64,000 nucleotides of DNA from a bacterium (GCA_035622635.1 DASPUZ010000163.1:4813-68812); one strand, 5' to 3'; counted from the first letter of the stretch, positions 26,467-38,308 are shown. Numbers and translations are program-made. Notes: a model not told the origin generated them from the sequence alone.

Positions 26467-27120
26467 ATGACCAGCGGTCCACGGATGCACGGATTTCTCT
26501 TCTTACGCGTCCCGGCGGGCGAGCGGACGTCGCGGCGGGCGGGACGCACACGGGAAGCCATCGAGTCGGCGGCGGGCACGCCGGAGGTCGCGGGCCTGTA
26601 CACGTACAGTCTCGTGGGGCTGCGCGGCGACGCCGACCTCGGGATCTGGATCGCGGCGGCGGAGCCGGATGCCTATCAGGAAGCCGCCCGGCGCGTGCTG
26701 GAGTCGGATCTCGAGCTCACCTGGAGCTTCTGGGGGTTCGTGCGCCCGTCCCAGTACACCGGGCGGGACGGCACGAACGTCAAGATCCCCGGCGAGCGGC
26801 GGCGCTTCCTCGTCGTCTACCCTTTCAGTAAGACCCACGAGTGGTACCAGATGGCCCCGGAGATCCGCCGCACGATGATGATGGAGCACGCGCGGCTGGG
26901 ACACGGCTTCGACGACATCGAGCAGCTGCTACTCTACTGCACGGGGCTTGCGGACTGGGAGTTCGTCGTCGCCTACGAGACGGACGAGCTGACGAGGTTC
27001 CAGGAACTCGTCACCGCGATGCGGAGCACCGCCGGCCGGCCCTATACGCTGCGCGACACCCCGACGTTTTCGGGCCGGTGGGGGTCGATCGAGGACACAA
27101 TGAAGCGCATCTTCGGATAG
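26467..27120 (+). CDS. Chlorite dismutase-family protein (HemQ/ChdC-like coproheme decarboxylase candidate)
   Basis: RBS GAGGAGG precedes the start. Motifs: VVYPFSKTHEWYQMAPEIRRTMMMEHARLG, LLLYCTGLADWEFVVAYETDEL, and FQELVTAMRST. Confidence 0.75.
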   Translation: MTSGPRMHGFLFLRVPAGERTSRRAGRTREAIESAAGTPEVAGLYTYSLVGLRGDADLGIWIAAAEPDAYQEAARRVLESDLELTWSFWGFVRPSQYTGRDGTNVKIPGERRRFLVVYPFSKTHEWYQMAPEIRRTMMMEHARLGHGFDDIEQLLLYCTGLADWEFVVAYETDELTRFQELVTAMRSTAGRPYTLRDTPTFSGRWGSIEDTMKRIFG

Positions 27121-27132
27121 GAGGACGACACG

Positions 27133-27642
27133 GTGGAGTTCGTACGCGTCTATGACGTGCAGCTTCAGGCCCGTGGAAAGCTGCTGGACTGGGTCCGACC
27201 GCTCGACCAAGCCCAGTACACCAGGGCGTTCCCGTTTGGGCTCAAGTCTCTGCGCCGCACGCTCGTGGAGATTGCCCGCGCCGAGATGTACTTGTCGATG
27301 CGGCTCCGAGAGGAGCCGCTGCCGCCGGTCGCCGAGTGGCCAATGAACGAGGAACGGCTCCAGACGCTCGCGGACTTGGAGCGCGTCTGGGCCCCCCAGT
27401 CGCGGCAGACCCGCGCCACCCTGGCCGAAACAAAGGATTGGGACCGCGCCGTCACCTGTCGGCTCATCCGACCGGACCAGACGGTTCGGCTCACGGCGAC
27501 CAAAGCGGACATCGCGGTGCAGCTCCTGATGCACGAGGTCCATCACCGGGCGCAGGCGATGGCCATGCTGCGGCAGTTGGGGGTCGAAGCGCAGAACCTC
27601 GACTACATCAGGTTCGTACAGACCACTGAACCGGAAGCCTAG
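27133..27642 (+). CDS. DinB-family protein
   Basis: Four-helix-bundle pattern with the terminal metal motif LLMHEVHHRAQ. GTG start with RBS TAGGAGGA. Confidence 0.75.
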   Translation: MEFVRVYDVQLQARGKLLDWVRPLDQAQYTRAFPFGLKSLRRTLVEIARAEMYLSMRLREEPLPPVAEWPMNEERLQTLADLERVWAPQSRQTRATLAETKDWDRAVTCRLIRPDQTVRLTATKADIAVQLLMHEVHHRAQAMAMLRQLGVEAQNLDYIRFVQTTEPEA

Positions 27643-27775
27643 TGTAGGATCCCACGAGACTTTGCACCCGCCTTCAGTCACGACCGCTGATGAGTGACGC
27701 GCGGTCGAGCGAGCGGTTACAGGTAGCCAGAGACGTTCACGTCGACCCGGTCCAGTCGCGCTTGGGGGATATGCC

Positions 27776-29155
27776 ATGGATCATTCGTCGGTAGGGGTGC
27801 TCTTGCACGATGCGGCTTGGCGAGCGACGGCGTATCTGGAAGGGCTCGAGAGCCGGCGTGTTTTCCCAGCGGCGGAAGCGATCGACAGGCTCGGCGCTCT
27901 GGGCGGTCCTCTGCCCGAGAAGCCGGCCGAAGCCGGCGCGGTGCTGGCTCTGCTCGACGAGATCGGATCGCCTGCGACCGTGGCGTCGGCGGGTCCCCGG
28001 TACTTCGGATTCGTCACCGGCGGATCCGTGCCCGCGGCGTTGGCAGCCGACTGGCTGGCCGGCGCCTGGGACCAGAACGCGGCGTTTGCGGTCATGTCGC
28101 CCGTGGCTGCAGCGGTGGAGGAAACCGCGCTGGCGTGGCTCGTCGATTTGTTACACCTGCCGGCGGGATCAGCCGGTGCCTTTGTCACCGGCACGACGGT
28201 CGCGAACCTGACCGCGTTGGCCGCGGCACGGCACGCCGTGCTGGGTCGGGTCGGCTGGGATGTGGAAGCGGACGGCCTGTTCGGTGCGCCGCCGATAACC
28301 GTGGTCGTGGGGGACGAGGTCCACGTGAGCCTCCTGAAGGCGCTGAGTCTGCTGGGCCTCGGGCGCGACCGCATCACGCGGGTCCCCGTTGACCGGCACG
28401 GGCGCATGCGCCCGGAGGCGTTGCCCCGCATCAACGGTCCTGCGATCGTGTGCGCCCAGGCCGGCAACGTCAACACCGGATCGTTCGACCCGATGCCGGA
28501 TATTTGTGCGACGGCGCATGAGACCGGAGCATGGGTGCACGTGGACGGCGCTTTCGGGCTCTGGGCCGCGGCATCGCCGAGCCTTTCCCACCTCACGCGT
28601 GGGGTGGACGGTGCGGATTCGTGGGCCGTGGACGCCCACAAGTGGTTGAATGTGCCGTACGACAGCGGCATTGCGTTCGCGCGTGATCCAGCCCAGCTAC
28701 GGGCGGCGATGTCGGCTGCAGCGGCATACCTACCACAAGGCGGGCCGCGCGAACCGTGCCACTACACGCCGGAAATGTCGCGACGCGCCCGAGGCATCGA
28801 GATATGGGCGGCGCTACGCAGCCTCGGGCGAACCGGCGTTGTCGAGTTGATCGAACGAAACTGCCGTCAGGCGGCTCGTCTCGCCCATGGCCTGGCGCAA
28901 GGCGGGTATGCGATCCTCAACGACATCGTGCTCAATCAGGTCCTCGTGTCGTTCGGAGACGACAGGGCCACGGGGCAGGTGATTGAGGCGGTGCAGCGCG
29001 ACGGCACGTGTTGGTGCGGGGGCACCGTGTGGCGAGGACGCGCTGCGATGCGCATCAGTGTGTCGTCGTGGGCCACGACGGACGGCGACATAGACCGGGT
29101 CATTTCCGCCATCCTGCGCGTCGCGCGGGAGGCCGTTCGGGGCGGTAACGGCTAG
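27776..29155 (+). CDS. Pyridoxal-phosphate-dependent decarboxylase (group II / fold type I)
   Basis: Motifs GGS.ANL.AL, VHVDGAFG, and the PLP-lysine context SWAVDAHKWLNVPYDSG. Confidence 0.8.
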   Translation: MDHSSVGVLLHDAAWRATAYLEGLESRRVFPAAEAIDRLGALGGPLPEKPAEAGAVLALLDEIGSPATVASAGPRYFGFVTGGSVPAALAADWLAGAWDQNAAFAVMSPVAAAVEETALAWLVDLLHLPAGSAGAFVTGTTVANLTALAAARHAVLGRVGWDVEADGLFGAPPITVVVGDEVHVSLLKALSLLGLGRDRITRVPVDRHGRMRPEALPRINGPAIVCAQAGNVNTGSFDPMPDICATAHETGAWVHVDGAFGLWAAASPSLSHLTRGVDGADSWAVDAHKWLNVPYDSGIAFARDPAQLRAAMSAAAAYLPQGGPREPCHYTPEMSRRARGIEIWAALRSLGRTGVVELIERNCRQAARLAHGLAQGGYAILNDIVLNQVLVSFGDDRATGQVIEAVQRDGTCWCGGTVWRGRAAMRISVSSWATTDGDIDRVISAILRVAREAVRGGNG

Positions 29156-29549
29156 TCTGGAGGGCGATCACGTCTTCTTCGGGCGGGGAGGAGCCATGGA
29201 CACTCCCCGCGACTTCCCCGCCGACATCCCGGCCCGGTTCCAGCCTCGGATGGAGTCGTGGGATTTCGAACGATGCGTCGAGATGGTGGCGGATGCGCAA
29301 CGGAGCCGCGCTGAGGACCATCATCCCGCCACCGAAGAGTGCCCGGGACGCGCCGATCCTCCTGTGCCGGACGCCCTGCGACGCCGCCACGACGACCGCG
29401 CGACTCAACTCGTCTCCCCTTGCACCGACGCGCCATCCCGCGGAACTCTCCGCGGCCGAGCGTCGCTGTTACCATATGGGGGCATAATCAACATGACGGC
29501 ATTCCCGCCCCAGCGGCGGACCGTCAAGACGGAAGGAGGAGGACACATC

Positions 29550-29879
29550 TTGAAGAACAGGCTCGCAGCCCTTGCCCTCGTATTCGCCATCGCAGGCGGC
29601 GCTATCGTCGCGCCGACGATCGCCGCACCGACCACAGCGTCGGCCCTCACCGTCATCGTCGCCCCTGGACCACCGCCGGGTCCAATTTATGAGCGTGTAC
29701 CCCCCCGCCCGGCACCCGGCTGGGTCTGGGTGGGCGGCCACTGGGCATGGAACGGAGCTCGGTGGGTCTGGATCCGCGGCTACTGGGCACAGGTGCCCCG
29801 ATATCGGACCGCATGGGTCCCAGGCCATTGGGCGCATCGCGCCGGCGGGTGGGTCTGGATCGAGGGACACTGGCGCTGA
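29550..29879 (+). CDS. Secreted YXWGXW/WxxGxW-repeat protein (109 aa)
   Basis: TTG start lies 7 nt after GGAAGGAGGAGG. The signal peptide reads (M)KNRLAALALVFAIAGGAIVAPTIAAPTTASA. The repeats read GWVWVGGHWAWNGARWVWIRGYWAQ...AWVPGHWAHRAGGWVWIEGHW. Confidence 0.65.
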   Translation: MKNRLAALALVFAIAGGAIVAPTIAAPTTASALTVIVAPGPPPGPIYERVPPRPAPGWVWVGGHWAWNGARWVWIRGYWAQVPRYRTAWVPGHWAHRAGGWVWIEGHWR

Positions 29880-30096
29880 TTCAAGCTTTAGGGATCATCG
29901 CCGAGGTCCGCGAAGGTGAGGATGGGATGTGACGGGTCCGCCCGTCACATCCCGTTTTCTCTCGGAACCGGGTCCTGAGACCCAGTCTTTTAGTCTGTGC
30001 CTGCGGCGCCAGCCAGGACGCGTGGACCAAAACGCCATGGACCGGAACGGCGACGCCCCGGACCGGTACCCTCTCGGCCGTTCGCCGAGCGCGCCG

Positions 30097-32106
30097 TCAA
30101 CGTTGCTCGACCGTATACCGGTGCACCCAGTCGGCGACGCGCTGGACGATGTCGATCCTGTGGCTCGGGCGGCCGTTCCCCCGGAATGTGTGGCTCTCCC
30201 CAGGGTACCGCACCAGCTCAACCGGCACCCGGCCCGCCGCCACGAGTCCTGTGAAAAACTCCTCGCCCTGTCCGATCGGGCAGCGATCATCCGCCTCGCC
30301 ATGCACGATCAGCGTCGGGGTGGTGACGCTCTCCACGTAGTTGATGGGCGACAGGCGCCGGTATGCCTCCCGTTGCCGTGTGAGATCCCCCCCCACCTCC
30401 CACGCACCGAACCACAGCCCGACGTCGGAGGTCCCGTAGAACGATTCGAAGTTCACGACGGGGGCGCCGACGACCGCGGCCTTGAACCGGTCGGTGTGCG
30501 TGATCGTCCAGGCCGTCATGAAGCCGCCGTAGGAATACCCGCTCACCGCGAGCCGCGCCGGATCCGCCAAGCCCGATGCGACGAGCGCGTCCACCGCGGC
30601 CAGTTGTTCCGGAAGATCGTATTCGCCCCACCGGCCCCGGATGCCGTGCGCGAACGCCTTGTCATAGGAACCCGAACCGGTCGGGTTCAGCTCGAGCACC
30701 GCCCAGTTGCGTGCGGCCAGGACGAACACGTGGAACGACCCGGTGGGAAACCCGTTGCCGTGATAGCTGTGCGGCCCGCCGTGGATCTCGACGAGGAGCG
30801 GGACCGGCCCCCTACCGCTTTCAACGGGGTGGACGACCCACCCGTCGAGTTCGACGCCCTGGGGACTGACGAATACGCGGCGCTCCACCCGGGGCAGGAT
30901 CCCCGGGGAGAGCCAATCCTCGTTCACGCGAGTCAGCCGGTGTTCATTGGTCCCGTCCTCACGGCACGCATACACGTCGCTGGGAACATGCCACTCGGTG
31001 GCGCAGAACGCGATCCGCCCCGCCGCCAACGAGAACCCCTGTACCTGGCGCCCGCCGCCGACGACGGATCGTACGGCTCCGTCAGGCACGGACACCCGCG
31101 CCAGGTGCACGTCCCCCGTGTCGGCGATCGGCACGACCACGGACCCGCCGTCCGCTGACCACGCCGGCGGCGGCGTCGCCTCCGGTGGGCGAGCCAGCGC
31201 GACGGAGCGGTGATAGCCTGCGGTGATCGCCCGGGCCGGTCCGCCATCCGCGGGTACCACCCAGACGCGCACCATCGCGTCCCCTAACCCGGGCTCCTGC
31301 TCGTCGTGACCGTAGAAGGCGATGAGCCGGCCATCGGGGGACCAGGACGGCACGGCGACCCGCCCGACGGCGTCCGTGAGGCGCCGCGCGTTCCCGCCGT
31401 CGACGTCCATCACCCACAGATCGAACAGGCTGTAGTCTGTCACGCCGGTGCGTGCACGGGCGAAGGCGAGCCGGCGCCCGTCGGGTGACCACGCGGGGGA
31501 AACGTGCTCCGCGTCACCGGCGGTGCGCTGCGAGGTCTCACCGCCGTCGATCGTTGCGACGAACACATGGGCGACCGTGTCGAACGTGTACCCCACCCCG
31601 TCCGTCTTGTATTGGGCCCGCGTCACAACGCGAGGCCGCTGTGCACGTCGGTCGTGGGCCCCGTCCTCGGCCGGCGCCGGATCCTTCGCGACGCGCGCCG
31701 AGAACGCAAGCTGGGAGCCGTCGGGCGACCAGATCGCCGGTCCTGCCCCGCCTGCCAGCGAGGTCAGCCGGTGGGGCTCACCGCCGGCAATCGGGAGCAG
31801 ATAGAGTTGCGCCGCCTGTCCGCCGCGGTCAGAGAGGAAGGCCATCCAGCGCCCGTCGGGCGACCATCGCGGCGCCCAGTCGCGGCCGGGACCTCTCGTG
31901 ACCCGGCGGTGACTGTCGCTGTCCGTCACCGTCCAGATCGCGGAGCGATAGCCGTCGTCCGCCAGATCCATCTCGGTGCGGGTGTACGCGACGAGCCGGC
32001 CGTCCGGCGAGAGCTGAGCGTCGGACGCGATCACAACCTTTGCCAGATCACGGGGCTGGATGACATGCGGTGGATCGGGCACAGGGTTCCTCCTTCCGTT
32101 TCTCAC
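30097..32106 (-). CDS. S9 family serine peptidase (beta-propeller plus prolyl-oligopeptidase/acylaminoacyl-peptidase domain)
   Basis: Repeated SPDG..(L/I)AF propeller motifs. Nucleophile context [10 protein letters not shown], then HG..D..CP. GTG overlaps the glgB stop (GTGA). Confidence 0.85.
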   Translation of the reverse strand: MRNGRRNPVPDPPHVIQPRDLAKVVIASDAQLSPDGRLVAYTRTEMDLADDGYRSAIWTVTDSDSHRRVTRGPGRDWAPRWSPDGRWMAFLSDRGGQAAQLYLLPIAGGEPHRLTSLAGGAGPAIWSPDGSQLAFSARVAKDPAPAEDGAHDRRAQRPRVVTRAQYKTDGVGYTFDTVAHVFVATIDGGETSQRTAGDAEHVSPAWSPDGRRLAFARARTGVTDYSLFDLWVMDVDGGNARRLTDAVGRVAVPSWSPDGRLIAFYGHDEQEPGLGDAMVRVWVVPADGGPARAITAGYHRSVALARPPEATPPPAWSADGGSVVVPIADTGDVHLARVSVPDGAVRSVVGGGRQVQGFSLAAGRIAFCATEWHVPSDVYACREDGTNEHRLTRVNEDWLSPGILPRVERRVFVSPQGVELDGWVVHPVESGRGPVPLLVEIHGGPHSYHGNGFPTGSFHVFVLAARNWAVLELNPTGSGSYDKAFAHGIRGRWGEYDLPEQLAAVDALVASGLADPARLAVSGYSYGGFMTAWTITHTDRFKAAVVGAPVVNFESFYGTSDVGLWFGAWEVGGDLTRQREAYRRLSPINYVESVTTPTLIVHGEADDRCPIGQGEEFFTGLVAAGRVPVELVRYPGESHTFRGNGRPSHRIDIVQRVADWVHRYTVEQR

Positions 32107-34427
32107 CCTCGCCGGACGCCCACGATGGACCGCTCGCCTACGGCGCCGAGTGCCGCGAGCCGCCGATCGAGGTCGCGGATCCCGCGGCGGTGGCGCAGTT
32201 CTTCACCGACGGATTCCAACACGTACCGTAGGACGGCAGGCGCCATTGAACTGTGACGCTCCTGCTCGAGTGTCCAGATGAGCGCCGCCAACCGCCGGAC
32301 CGCGTCACGCGGGCCGAGCCGGGGCCTCGTCTGGACCGCCGCGACACCGGGTTCGTGGAGTGTCACAAGAGCCTGCGCGCCCTCGGAGCGGGCGCGCGGG
32401 GTCACCTGCGGCACGCCTTCGGGCGTGCGCTGGGAGGCGTCCGCACTGCCGTTCGCCCGCCATCCCTCTCCTAGCTGCCACGACGCCTCGGACGCCGCAT
32501 CGTCCCACGGGATGACGGCATCGCTCAGGAGAAAGATCGCACCGAGCGGAGGCAGCGTGAGCACCACCGAATACGGGTGACCGTGAGCCGGGACCGACTC
32601 GCCAAAGATGCCTTCGTTTGTGACCCCGCTGCCTCCGTACTCGCGCGCGTCGCTGTTCAGCACCTCACGCCACACCCCCCCGCGGGGCACGCCGACACGA
32701 TATCCGGGACGAGGGACAGGCGTGAAGTTGAGCACGCCGACCACCAGGCGACCGGGCGAGCGCCCACGACGGATCAGGCTGACCACGCTCTGGTCCCGAT
32801 CGCCGCAGTCGATCCACGCGAACCCTCGAGGATCGCAGTCCCACTCGTGCAACGCCGGTTCCGCACGGTACCACCCGTTGAGCGCCCGCACCCACCGCTG
32901 GATCCCGAGGTGGGGAGGGTGATCCAGCAGGTGCCAGTCGAGGCTCTCGTCGTGGTGCCACTCCCGCCACTGCCCGAACTCTCCGCCCATGAATAGGAGC
33001 TTCTTGCCGGACTGCAGGTACATATAGCCCAACAGCAGGCGCAGGTTGGCAAACTTCTGCCAGTCGTCCCCGGGCATCTTTGCGAGCAACGACCCTTTGC
33101 CGTGGACCACCTCGTCGTGCGACAACGGAAGCACGAAGTTCTCGGTAAAGGCGTAGAGGCCCCGAAACGTGAGCGTGTCGTGATGATACCTGCGGTGCAC
33201 CGGGTCGTGCGCCATGTACTGCAGGGTGTCGTGCATCCACCCCATGTCCCACTTGAGCCCAAAACCCAATCCCCCGGTGTCCGTGGGACGGGAGACCTGA
33301 GACCACGCCGTAGACTCTTCCGCGATCGTGTATGCCGAGGGATAGTGCCGATAGACCTCTTCGTTGAGGCGGCGCAGAAACGCGAGCGCCTCGAGGTTCT
33401 CGCGCCCGCCCTGTTCGTTCGGGATCCACTCTCCCTCACGCCGCGAGTAGTCCAGGTACAGCATCGACGCCACCGCGTCCAGGCGCAGCCCGTCTGCGTG
33501 GTACTTGTCGAGCCAGAACAACGCGTTGCTCAATAGGAAGCTCCGCACTTCGTGCCGCCCGTAGTTGAAGATGCTACTGTGCCAATCGGGATGCAGGCCG
33601 CGCCTGGGATCGGCGTGCTCGTACACGTGCGTGCCGTCGAAATACACCAGCCCGTGCTCGTCTGTCGGAAAGTGCGACGGGACCCAGTCCAGGATGACGG
33701 CGATACCGTGCCGGTGGAAGGTGTCCACCAGGTACATGAAGTCCTGCGGGGCGCCGTATCGGCTCGTGGGAGCGAAGTACCCGGTGGTCTGGTATCCCCA
33801 GGACCCGTAGAAGGGATGCTCCATCACCGGCATCAACTCGACGTGGGTAAAGCCCAGGTCCCGGACATATCTGGGCAGGCGGGCAGCGAGCTCCCGGTAC
33901 GTCAGGGCGCGGTGGCCCTCCGACGGGACCCGCATCCATGAGCCGAGGTGAACCTCGAAGATGGCCGCGGGCGACACGAGGATGTTCCGGCGGCCTCGCG
34001 ACGCAAGCCACGCCGCGTCGCTCCACGCATAGCCGAGGTCCCATACGACGGACGCGGTGCCCGGCGGCCGCTCGGCGCGCAGGGCAAAGGGATCGGCTTT
34101 GTCCACCCGGTAGCCGCCGCCTTTGGCGACGATGTGATACTTGTACAGACTCCCCGGGGGTACGCCCGGGACAAAGCGCTCCCAGATTCCCGATGTCTCC
34201 CGCACCCGCATCGGGTGGACATCCCGGTCCCACCCGTTGAAGTCTCCGACGACGGACACCTGCTCGGCGTTGGGCGCCCAGACGGCAAAGTACGCGCCCG
34301 GCACACCGCCGACGGTCATCAAATGCGCGCCGAGCTTCTCGTAGAGGCGGACGTGGCTGCCCTCGTTGAACAGGTACAGATCCTCCGCGGTCAACATCGT
34401 CACGTCCTGCGTTCCGGTCGTCTTCAT
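32103..34427 (-). CDS. glgB: 1,4-alpha-glucan branching enzyme with ~138-aa C-terminal extension
   Basis: Reads YEKLGAH...[74 protein letters not shown], and [14 protein letters not shown]. Confidence 0.9.
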   Translation of the reverse strand: MKTTGTQDVTMLTAEDLYLFNEGSHVRLYEKLGAHLMTVGGVPGAYFAVWAPNAEQVSVVGDFNGWDRDVHPMRVRETSGIWERFVPGVPPGSLYKYHIVAKGGGYRVDKADPFALRAERPPGTASVVWDLGYAWSDAAWLASRGRRNILVSPAAIFEVHLGSWMRVPSEGHRALTYRELAARLPRYVRDLGFTHVELMPVMEHPFYGSWGYQTTGYFAPTSRYGAPQDFMYLVDTFHRHGIAVILDWVPSHFPTDEHGLVYFDGTHVYEHADPRRGLHPDWHSSIFNYGRHEVRSFLLSNALFWLDKYHADGLRLDAVASMLYLDYSRREGEWIPNEQGGRENLEALAFLRRLNEEVYRHYPSAYTIAEESTAWSQVSRPTDTGGLGFGLKWDMGWMHDTLQYMAHDPVHRRYHHDTLTFRGLYAFTENFVLPLSHDEVVHGKGSLLAKMPGDDWQKFANLRLLLGYMYLQSGKKLLFMGGEFGQWREWHHDESLDWHLLDHPPHLGIQRWVRALNGWYRAEPALHEWDCDPRGFAWIDCGDRDQSVVSLIRRGRSPGRLVVGVLNFTPVPRPGYRVGVPRGGVWREVLNSDAREYGGSGVTNEGIFGESVPAHGHPYSVVLTLPPLGAIFLLSDAVIPWDDAASEASWQLGEGWRANGSADASQRTPEGVPQVTPRARSEGAQALVTLHEPGVAAVQTRPRLGPRDAVRRLAALIWTLEQERHSSMAPAVLRYVLESVGEELRHRRGIRDLDRRLAALGAVGERSIVGVRRG

Positions 34428-34505
34428 GGCCGCCGCAGCCTCCCGGGCGTCTGACCCTCGTGTGACCTGCCGGCGCGGGTGTGCTGTCCGTGCCGCGTCA
34501 CGGGC

Positions 34506-37040
34506 CTACCGTTGCCACAAGATAAGCCCGGCTTCCGCCGGGATGCGCACATCGCGGTGGAATGGCACGATCCGAGGCGTGTAGTCCGAAGCAGACCGGG
34601 ACGCCGGGAGATGCGCACGGTAATGGTAACTGTTGCCCTCTCCCGGCAGCCGCTCCTGCCGCTCCATCGCCACGCACTCGGCGGGCCCCGCGCTGTCCAG
34701 CGGCGGGGCGTAGAGCTCGACGTTGATCCACCCCGGCTCGAGCGCGCCCAACGATACCGCGATATCGAAGCGCCACCCGTCGCCCTCCTGGCGCACATCC
34801 AGCGGCCCGAACTTCATCTCCGACCAGTGCTCGGCAAGACCGTTCCACCACTTGCGCAGCTCCTTCGAGAGCCTGGCCCCTTCAGCGCACCGGCACCTGA
34901 CGGCCTCCATCGCCGGCAGGTAGAACCGATCCAGATACTGCCGGATCATCCGGTTCCCGCTGAACTGGGGCGCGAGGCGCGCCATGCTGGTCCGCATCCG
35001 CGCGATCCAGGCACGCGGCAGTCCGGCGCCGTCCCGTGCATAGAACTTCGGGACGACGTCTTCCTCGAGGAGCGTGTAGAGCTGGACCGCCTCTTGGGCG
35101 TCACGCGCGGCGTCGGTGCAGTTGCCGGGGCCGCCCAGCGCCCATCCCACGTCCGGCGCATACCCCTCGTCCCACCACCCATCGAGCGCCGACAGGTTCA
35201 GGCCGCCGTTCACGAGCACCTTCATCCCGCTGGTCCCGCAGGCCTCCCAAGGGCGCCGGGGCGTATTGAGCCAGAGGTCCACGCCCTGCACGAGTTCCTG
35301 CGCGAGCGCCATGTCGTAGTCCTCCAGGAAGATCGCGTGCTCCCGCACCGCGGGATCAGCGGCAAACTCCGTCCACATGCGCACGATCTCCTTACCCGGC
35401 GCATCCGCCGGGTGAGCCTTGCCCGCGACGATGATCTGCACCGGGTGCGCCGGATCCAAAAGCAGCCGGACCAGCCGGTTGCGGTCGCGCAGCAAGAGTG
35501 CCGGCCGCTTGTACTCGGTCATGCGCCGCGCAAACCCGATCGTCAGCGCCTTCGGATCGAGCACGCGGCGTGCCCGTATCACGGCGTCCGGAGTCGCGCC
35601 CTGGTGCGCGAGTTGCCGCGCCAGGCGTTCGCGAGCGTAGCGGATCAGCTCCTCGCATTTCGAGTTTCGGAACCTCCACAGCGTCTCATCGGCAATCCGC
35701 TCGATTGCCTCCATGACCGGGGGCACGTCGCCCCGCCACCGCTCCTTGCCACACGCTTCGGACCACAGCGCGTCCGCCGGAACGGAGTCCCACGACGACG
35801 TGTGCACGCCGTTGGTGACGTACCCGATGGGAATCTCATGCTCGGGCCAGCGCGGATACAGCGGCTGGAAGATCCTCCGGCTCACCATCCCGTGCAGCCG
35901 GCTGACGCCGTTGGCGCCCCCGCACCCGCGCATGGCTAGGTACGCCATGCTGAACGGTTCCTGTTCATCGTGCGCGTCCCTGCGGCCGAGGGCCAGCAGT
36001 TCCCGGGAGGAGAGACCGCCCGATCCGGTCAGACCCGGGAGTTGTGAGAAGTGCTGCGCGACGAGGTCCGGAGGGAAGACATCGAATCCCGCGGCAATGG
36101 GCGTGTGCGTCGTGAAGAGGTTGCCAGCCCTGGTCGCCCACCACGCGTCCCAAAACGACACGCCGGAATCCGCCATGAACCGTCTCGCCCGTTCGACGAC
36201 GACGAACGCCGCGTGGCCCTCGTTGAGGTGGCAGACCGTCACCGGCACTTCGAGCGCCTCGAGCGCCCGCCAGCCCGCGATCCCCAGGACGAACTCCTGC
36301 AGAAACCGCTGCTCGACACCGCCACCGTACAGGGTGCTCGTGATGCCACGGTCCGGGGCGCTGTTCCACGGATCGTTCGTGTCGAGCAGATACAACATCA
36401 CCCGACCGACGACGGCGGACCACACACGGACCCAGAGCGTGCGTCCCGGCAGCGCCAGCGGGACACGCAGCCATGCCCCTTGGGCCGTGCGGGCGGGCTG
36501 GATCGGAAGACTGCCCGGATCGCTGTAGGGGTAACTCTCCTGCTGATGTCCCTCCGCGTCCAGAACCTGTCGAAAATACCCCTCGTAGTACAGCAGCCCG
36601 ACGGCGACGACCGGAACGCCGAGATCGCTCGCGGTCTTCAGGTAGTCTCCGGCGAGCACCCCGAGGCCGCCCGCATAGAGCGGCAGGGCATCGCTCAACC
36701 CGAACTCCATGCTATAGTACGCGATCGTTCCGACCGAGGAACCGGGATAGGTCCGCGCGCACCAACCGGGATTGTCGAGATACCGGGTGCGCTCGTCGAC
36801 CAGGCGCCGCAGGGTCGCGACGAACTCACGGTCCCCGGCGAGCCGTTCGAGCGTGGCGCGTGGTACCTCCTGCAGGACCAGCCATGGATTGTGAAACCGC
36901 GCCCACGCCTCCGCGCTGAGGGAGCGCCATAGCTCGTCCCCCGCACGGTTCCAGGTCCACCGCAAATCCAGCGCTAACTCGTGAAGCTCCTCAAGTTCCT
37001 GTGGAAGGTCAGTGCGCGATACGGCACGCAACGAGTTCAT
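34506..37040 (-). CDS. glgP: Alpha-glucan phosphorylase (GT35, maltodextrin/glycogen phosphorylase type with DUF3417-like N-terminus)
   Basis: Internal Met 37040 with RBS GGAGG. Reads LALDLRWTW, AYYSMEFGL...LPLYAGGLGVLAGD, NEGHAAF, and GTSGMKVLVNGGLNLSALDGWW. Confidence 0.88.
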   Translation of the reverse strand: MNSLRAVSRTDLPQELEELHELALDLRWTWNRAGDELWRSLSAEAWARFHNPWLVLQEVPRATLERLAGDREFVATLRRLVDERTRYLDNPGWCARTYPGSSVGTIAYYSMEFGLSDALPLYAGGLGVLAGDYLKTASDLGVPVVAVGLLYYEGYFRQVLDAEGHQQESYPYSDPGSLPIQPARTAQGAWLRVPLALPGRTLWVRVWSAVVGRVMLYLLDTNDPWNSAPDRGITSTLYGGGVEQRFLQEFVLGIAGWRALEALEVPVTVCHLNEGHAAFVVVERARRFMADSGVSFWDAWWATRAGNLFTTHTPIAAGFDVFPPDLVAQHFSQLPGLTGSGGLSSRELLALGRRDAHDEQEPFSMAYLAMRGCGGANGVSRLHGMVSRRIFQPLYPRWPEHEIPIGYVTNGVHTSSWDSVPADALWSEACGKERWRGDVPPVMEAIERIADETLWRFRNSKCEELIRYARERLARQLAHQGATPDAVIRARRVLDPKALTIGFARRMTEYKRPALLLRDRNRLVRLLLDPAHPVQIIVAGKAHPADAPGKEIVRMWTEFAADPAVREHAIFLEDYDMALAQELVQGVDLWLNTPRRPWEACGTSGMKVLVNGGLNLSALDGWWDEGYAPDVGWALGGPGNCTDAARDAQEAVQLYTLLEEDVVPKFYARDGAGLPRAWIARMRTSMARLAPQFSGNRMIRQYLDRFYLPAMEAVRCRCAEGARLSKELRKWWNGLAEHWSEMKFGPLDVRQEGDGWRFDIAVSLGALEPGWINVELYAPPLDSAGPAECVAMERQERLPGEGNSYHYRAHLPASRSASDYTPRIVPFHRDVRIPAEAGLILWQR

Positions 37041-37351
37041 CAACCTCCGGCTCGGACACGCCGACGCTTCTCGACACACGCATACCAGGGACGCCGCGAG
37101 CGCCCCTGGCGGCACGGTGCGCATCCGAAACATCCCGCGACCGGCCGGGCATCCGCGGACAGGCCCGCCCGCGCACCGGTCGCGACCGTCGCATCCAGGA
37201 CGTCTGAAACGATGGCGTTCTGCGTCCTCGTCGGGCGGGTCTCGCCTCCCGCCGGACGCGGACACCGCCCGCTATCTTCCGCCTCCGTTCCGGTTATTCC
37301 CTCCCGGCGTGATCGAGGGACCTAGCGCGTGACGGCGCCCCGCGCGGTGGG

Positions 37352-38308
37352 TCACTCGGCGACCGCACGCGCCTCGCGGACGGAACCGACCGTGTAGATC
37401 GTCAGCACCGCGACGAGCACCATCCCCAACCCGAAAAGTTGCGCCGGAGTCAGGGGCGCCCGCCTCGTGGCGGCCACCAGCAGCGTGGTGATGATTGGAG
37501 CCCCGGCGGAGATTGCCATGACCCCCGTTGCCGACGCATGGCGCAGGCCCCACAACTCGGTAAGCGTGAATCCCAGCAAGACCAAGCCGGTCACCACGAC
37601 GAATCCCCACTGCACGGACGACAAGTGGGCCACCGCACCCAACCGCCCGGTGACTGCCACGTACGCGAACAGGAGCGCGGACCCGAGCGTCATCTTGACG
37701 GCAACCACCACGGCGACCGAGATCGTGCGAAGCGCCGCTTTCATGATCACCGCGCCGAGCGCAAACAGCACGGTGCTCGACACGAGAAACGGGACGCCGG
37801 CGTCCATGCGGACCGCCCCGATTCTCACCCCGAGCGCCAGCCCGCATGCCAGGACGCCGAGCGCGCACACCACGGCGCCACCGGGCCGCTCGCCGAGCAG
37901 GACCGCGGCAAGCGCCGCGACGAGCAAGAACTGCGTATGGTCGATGACCGCCGCGGTCGCGGCGGTGCTGAGCTGGAGCCCGCGGAAGTCCAGCCCGTAG
38001 GCGGCGCTGCCGGCGACGAGCGCCACCAAGGCCAGGAGGCCCCAGTCACGCCGGCCGAGCGCGGCGAGCTCACGACGATGCGCGGCGTTCACTAACAACG
38101 GCACGAGCACGACGGCGCCGACGACGCCGTTCTTCAACGTCGTGTACAGCGTGGAGTCCGCGAAGGTCCGCACCCCAACGCTGTTGATGAAGATCGCGCA
38201 GCCGCTGATGAGCGCGTTCAGCGCGGCGAACTGGTATCCGAGACGCGGATCGGCAGAAGGAGCGGTGGCGGCCGCCGCGCTCCGCCCGCTATGCGGCTCA
38301 GGGATCAC
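37352..38308 (-). CDS. EamA/DMT-family transporter (10 TM)
   Basis: Two EamA-like halves of hydrophobic helices. GTG 38308 overlaps the hypB stop (GTGA). The Arg-rich N-terminal part of the long ORF is rejected. Confidence 0.75.
   Translation of the reverse strand: MIPEPHSGRSAAAATAPSADPRLGYQFAALNALISGCAIFINSVGVRTFADSTLYTTLKNGVVGAVVLVPLLVNAAHRRELAALGRRDWGLLALVALVAGSAAYGLDFRGLQLSTAATAAVIDHTQFLLVAALAAVLLGERPGGAVVCALGVLACGLALGVRIGAVRMDAGVPFLVSSTVLFALGAVIMKAALRTISVAVVVAVKMTLGSALLFAYVAVTGRLGAVAHLSSVQWGFVVVTGLVLLGFTLTELWGLRHASATGVMAISAGAPIITTLLVAATRRAPLTPAQLFGLGMVLVAVLTIYTVGSVREARAVAE

Noticed and set aside
24217-26490. A very long minus-strand ORF (757 aa) antisense to glk and the aldo/keto reductase. 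Similar shadow ORFs include 17255..19198 (+), 22607..24106 (+), 39339..41168 (+), 50966..52810 (+) and 58342..60405 (+).
   Set aside because: The translations are Arg/Gly/Pro/Ala-rich low-complexity text with no family motifs. Each lies opposite a gene with clear conserved motifs. These are typical antisense open frames of high-GC DNA.
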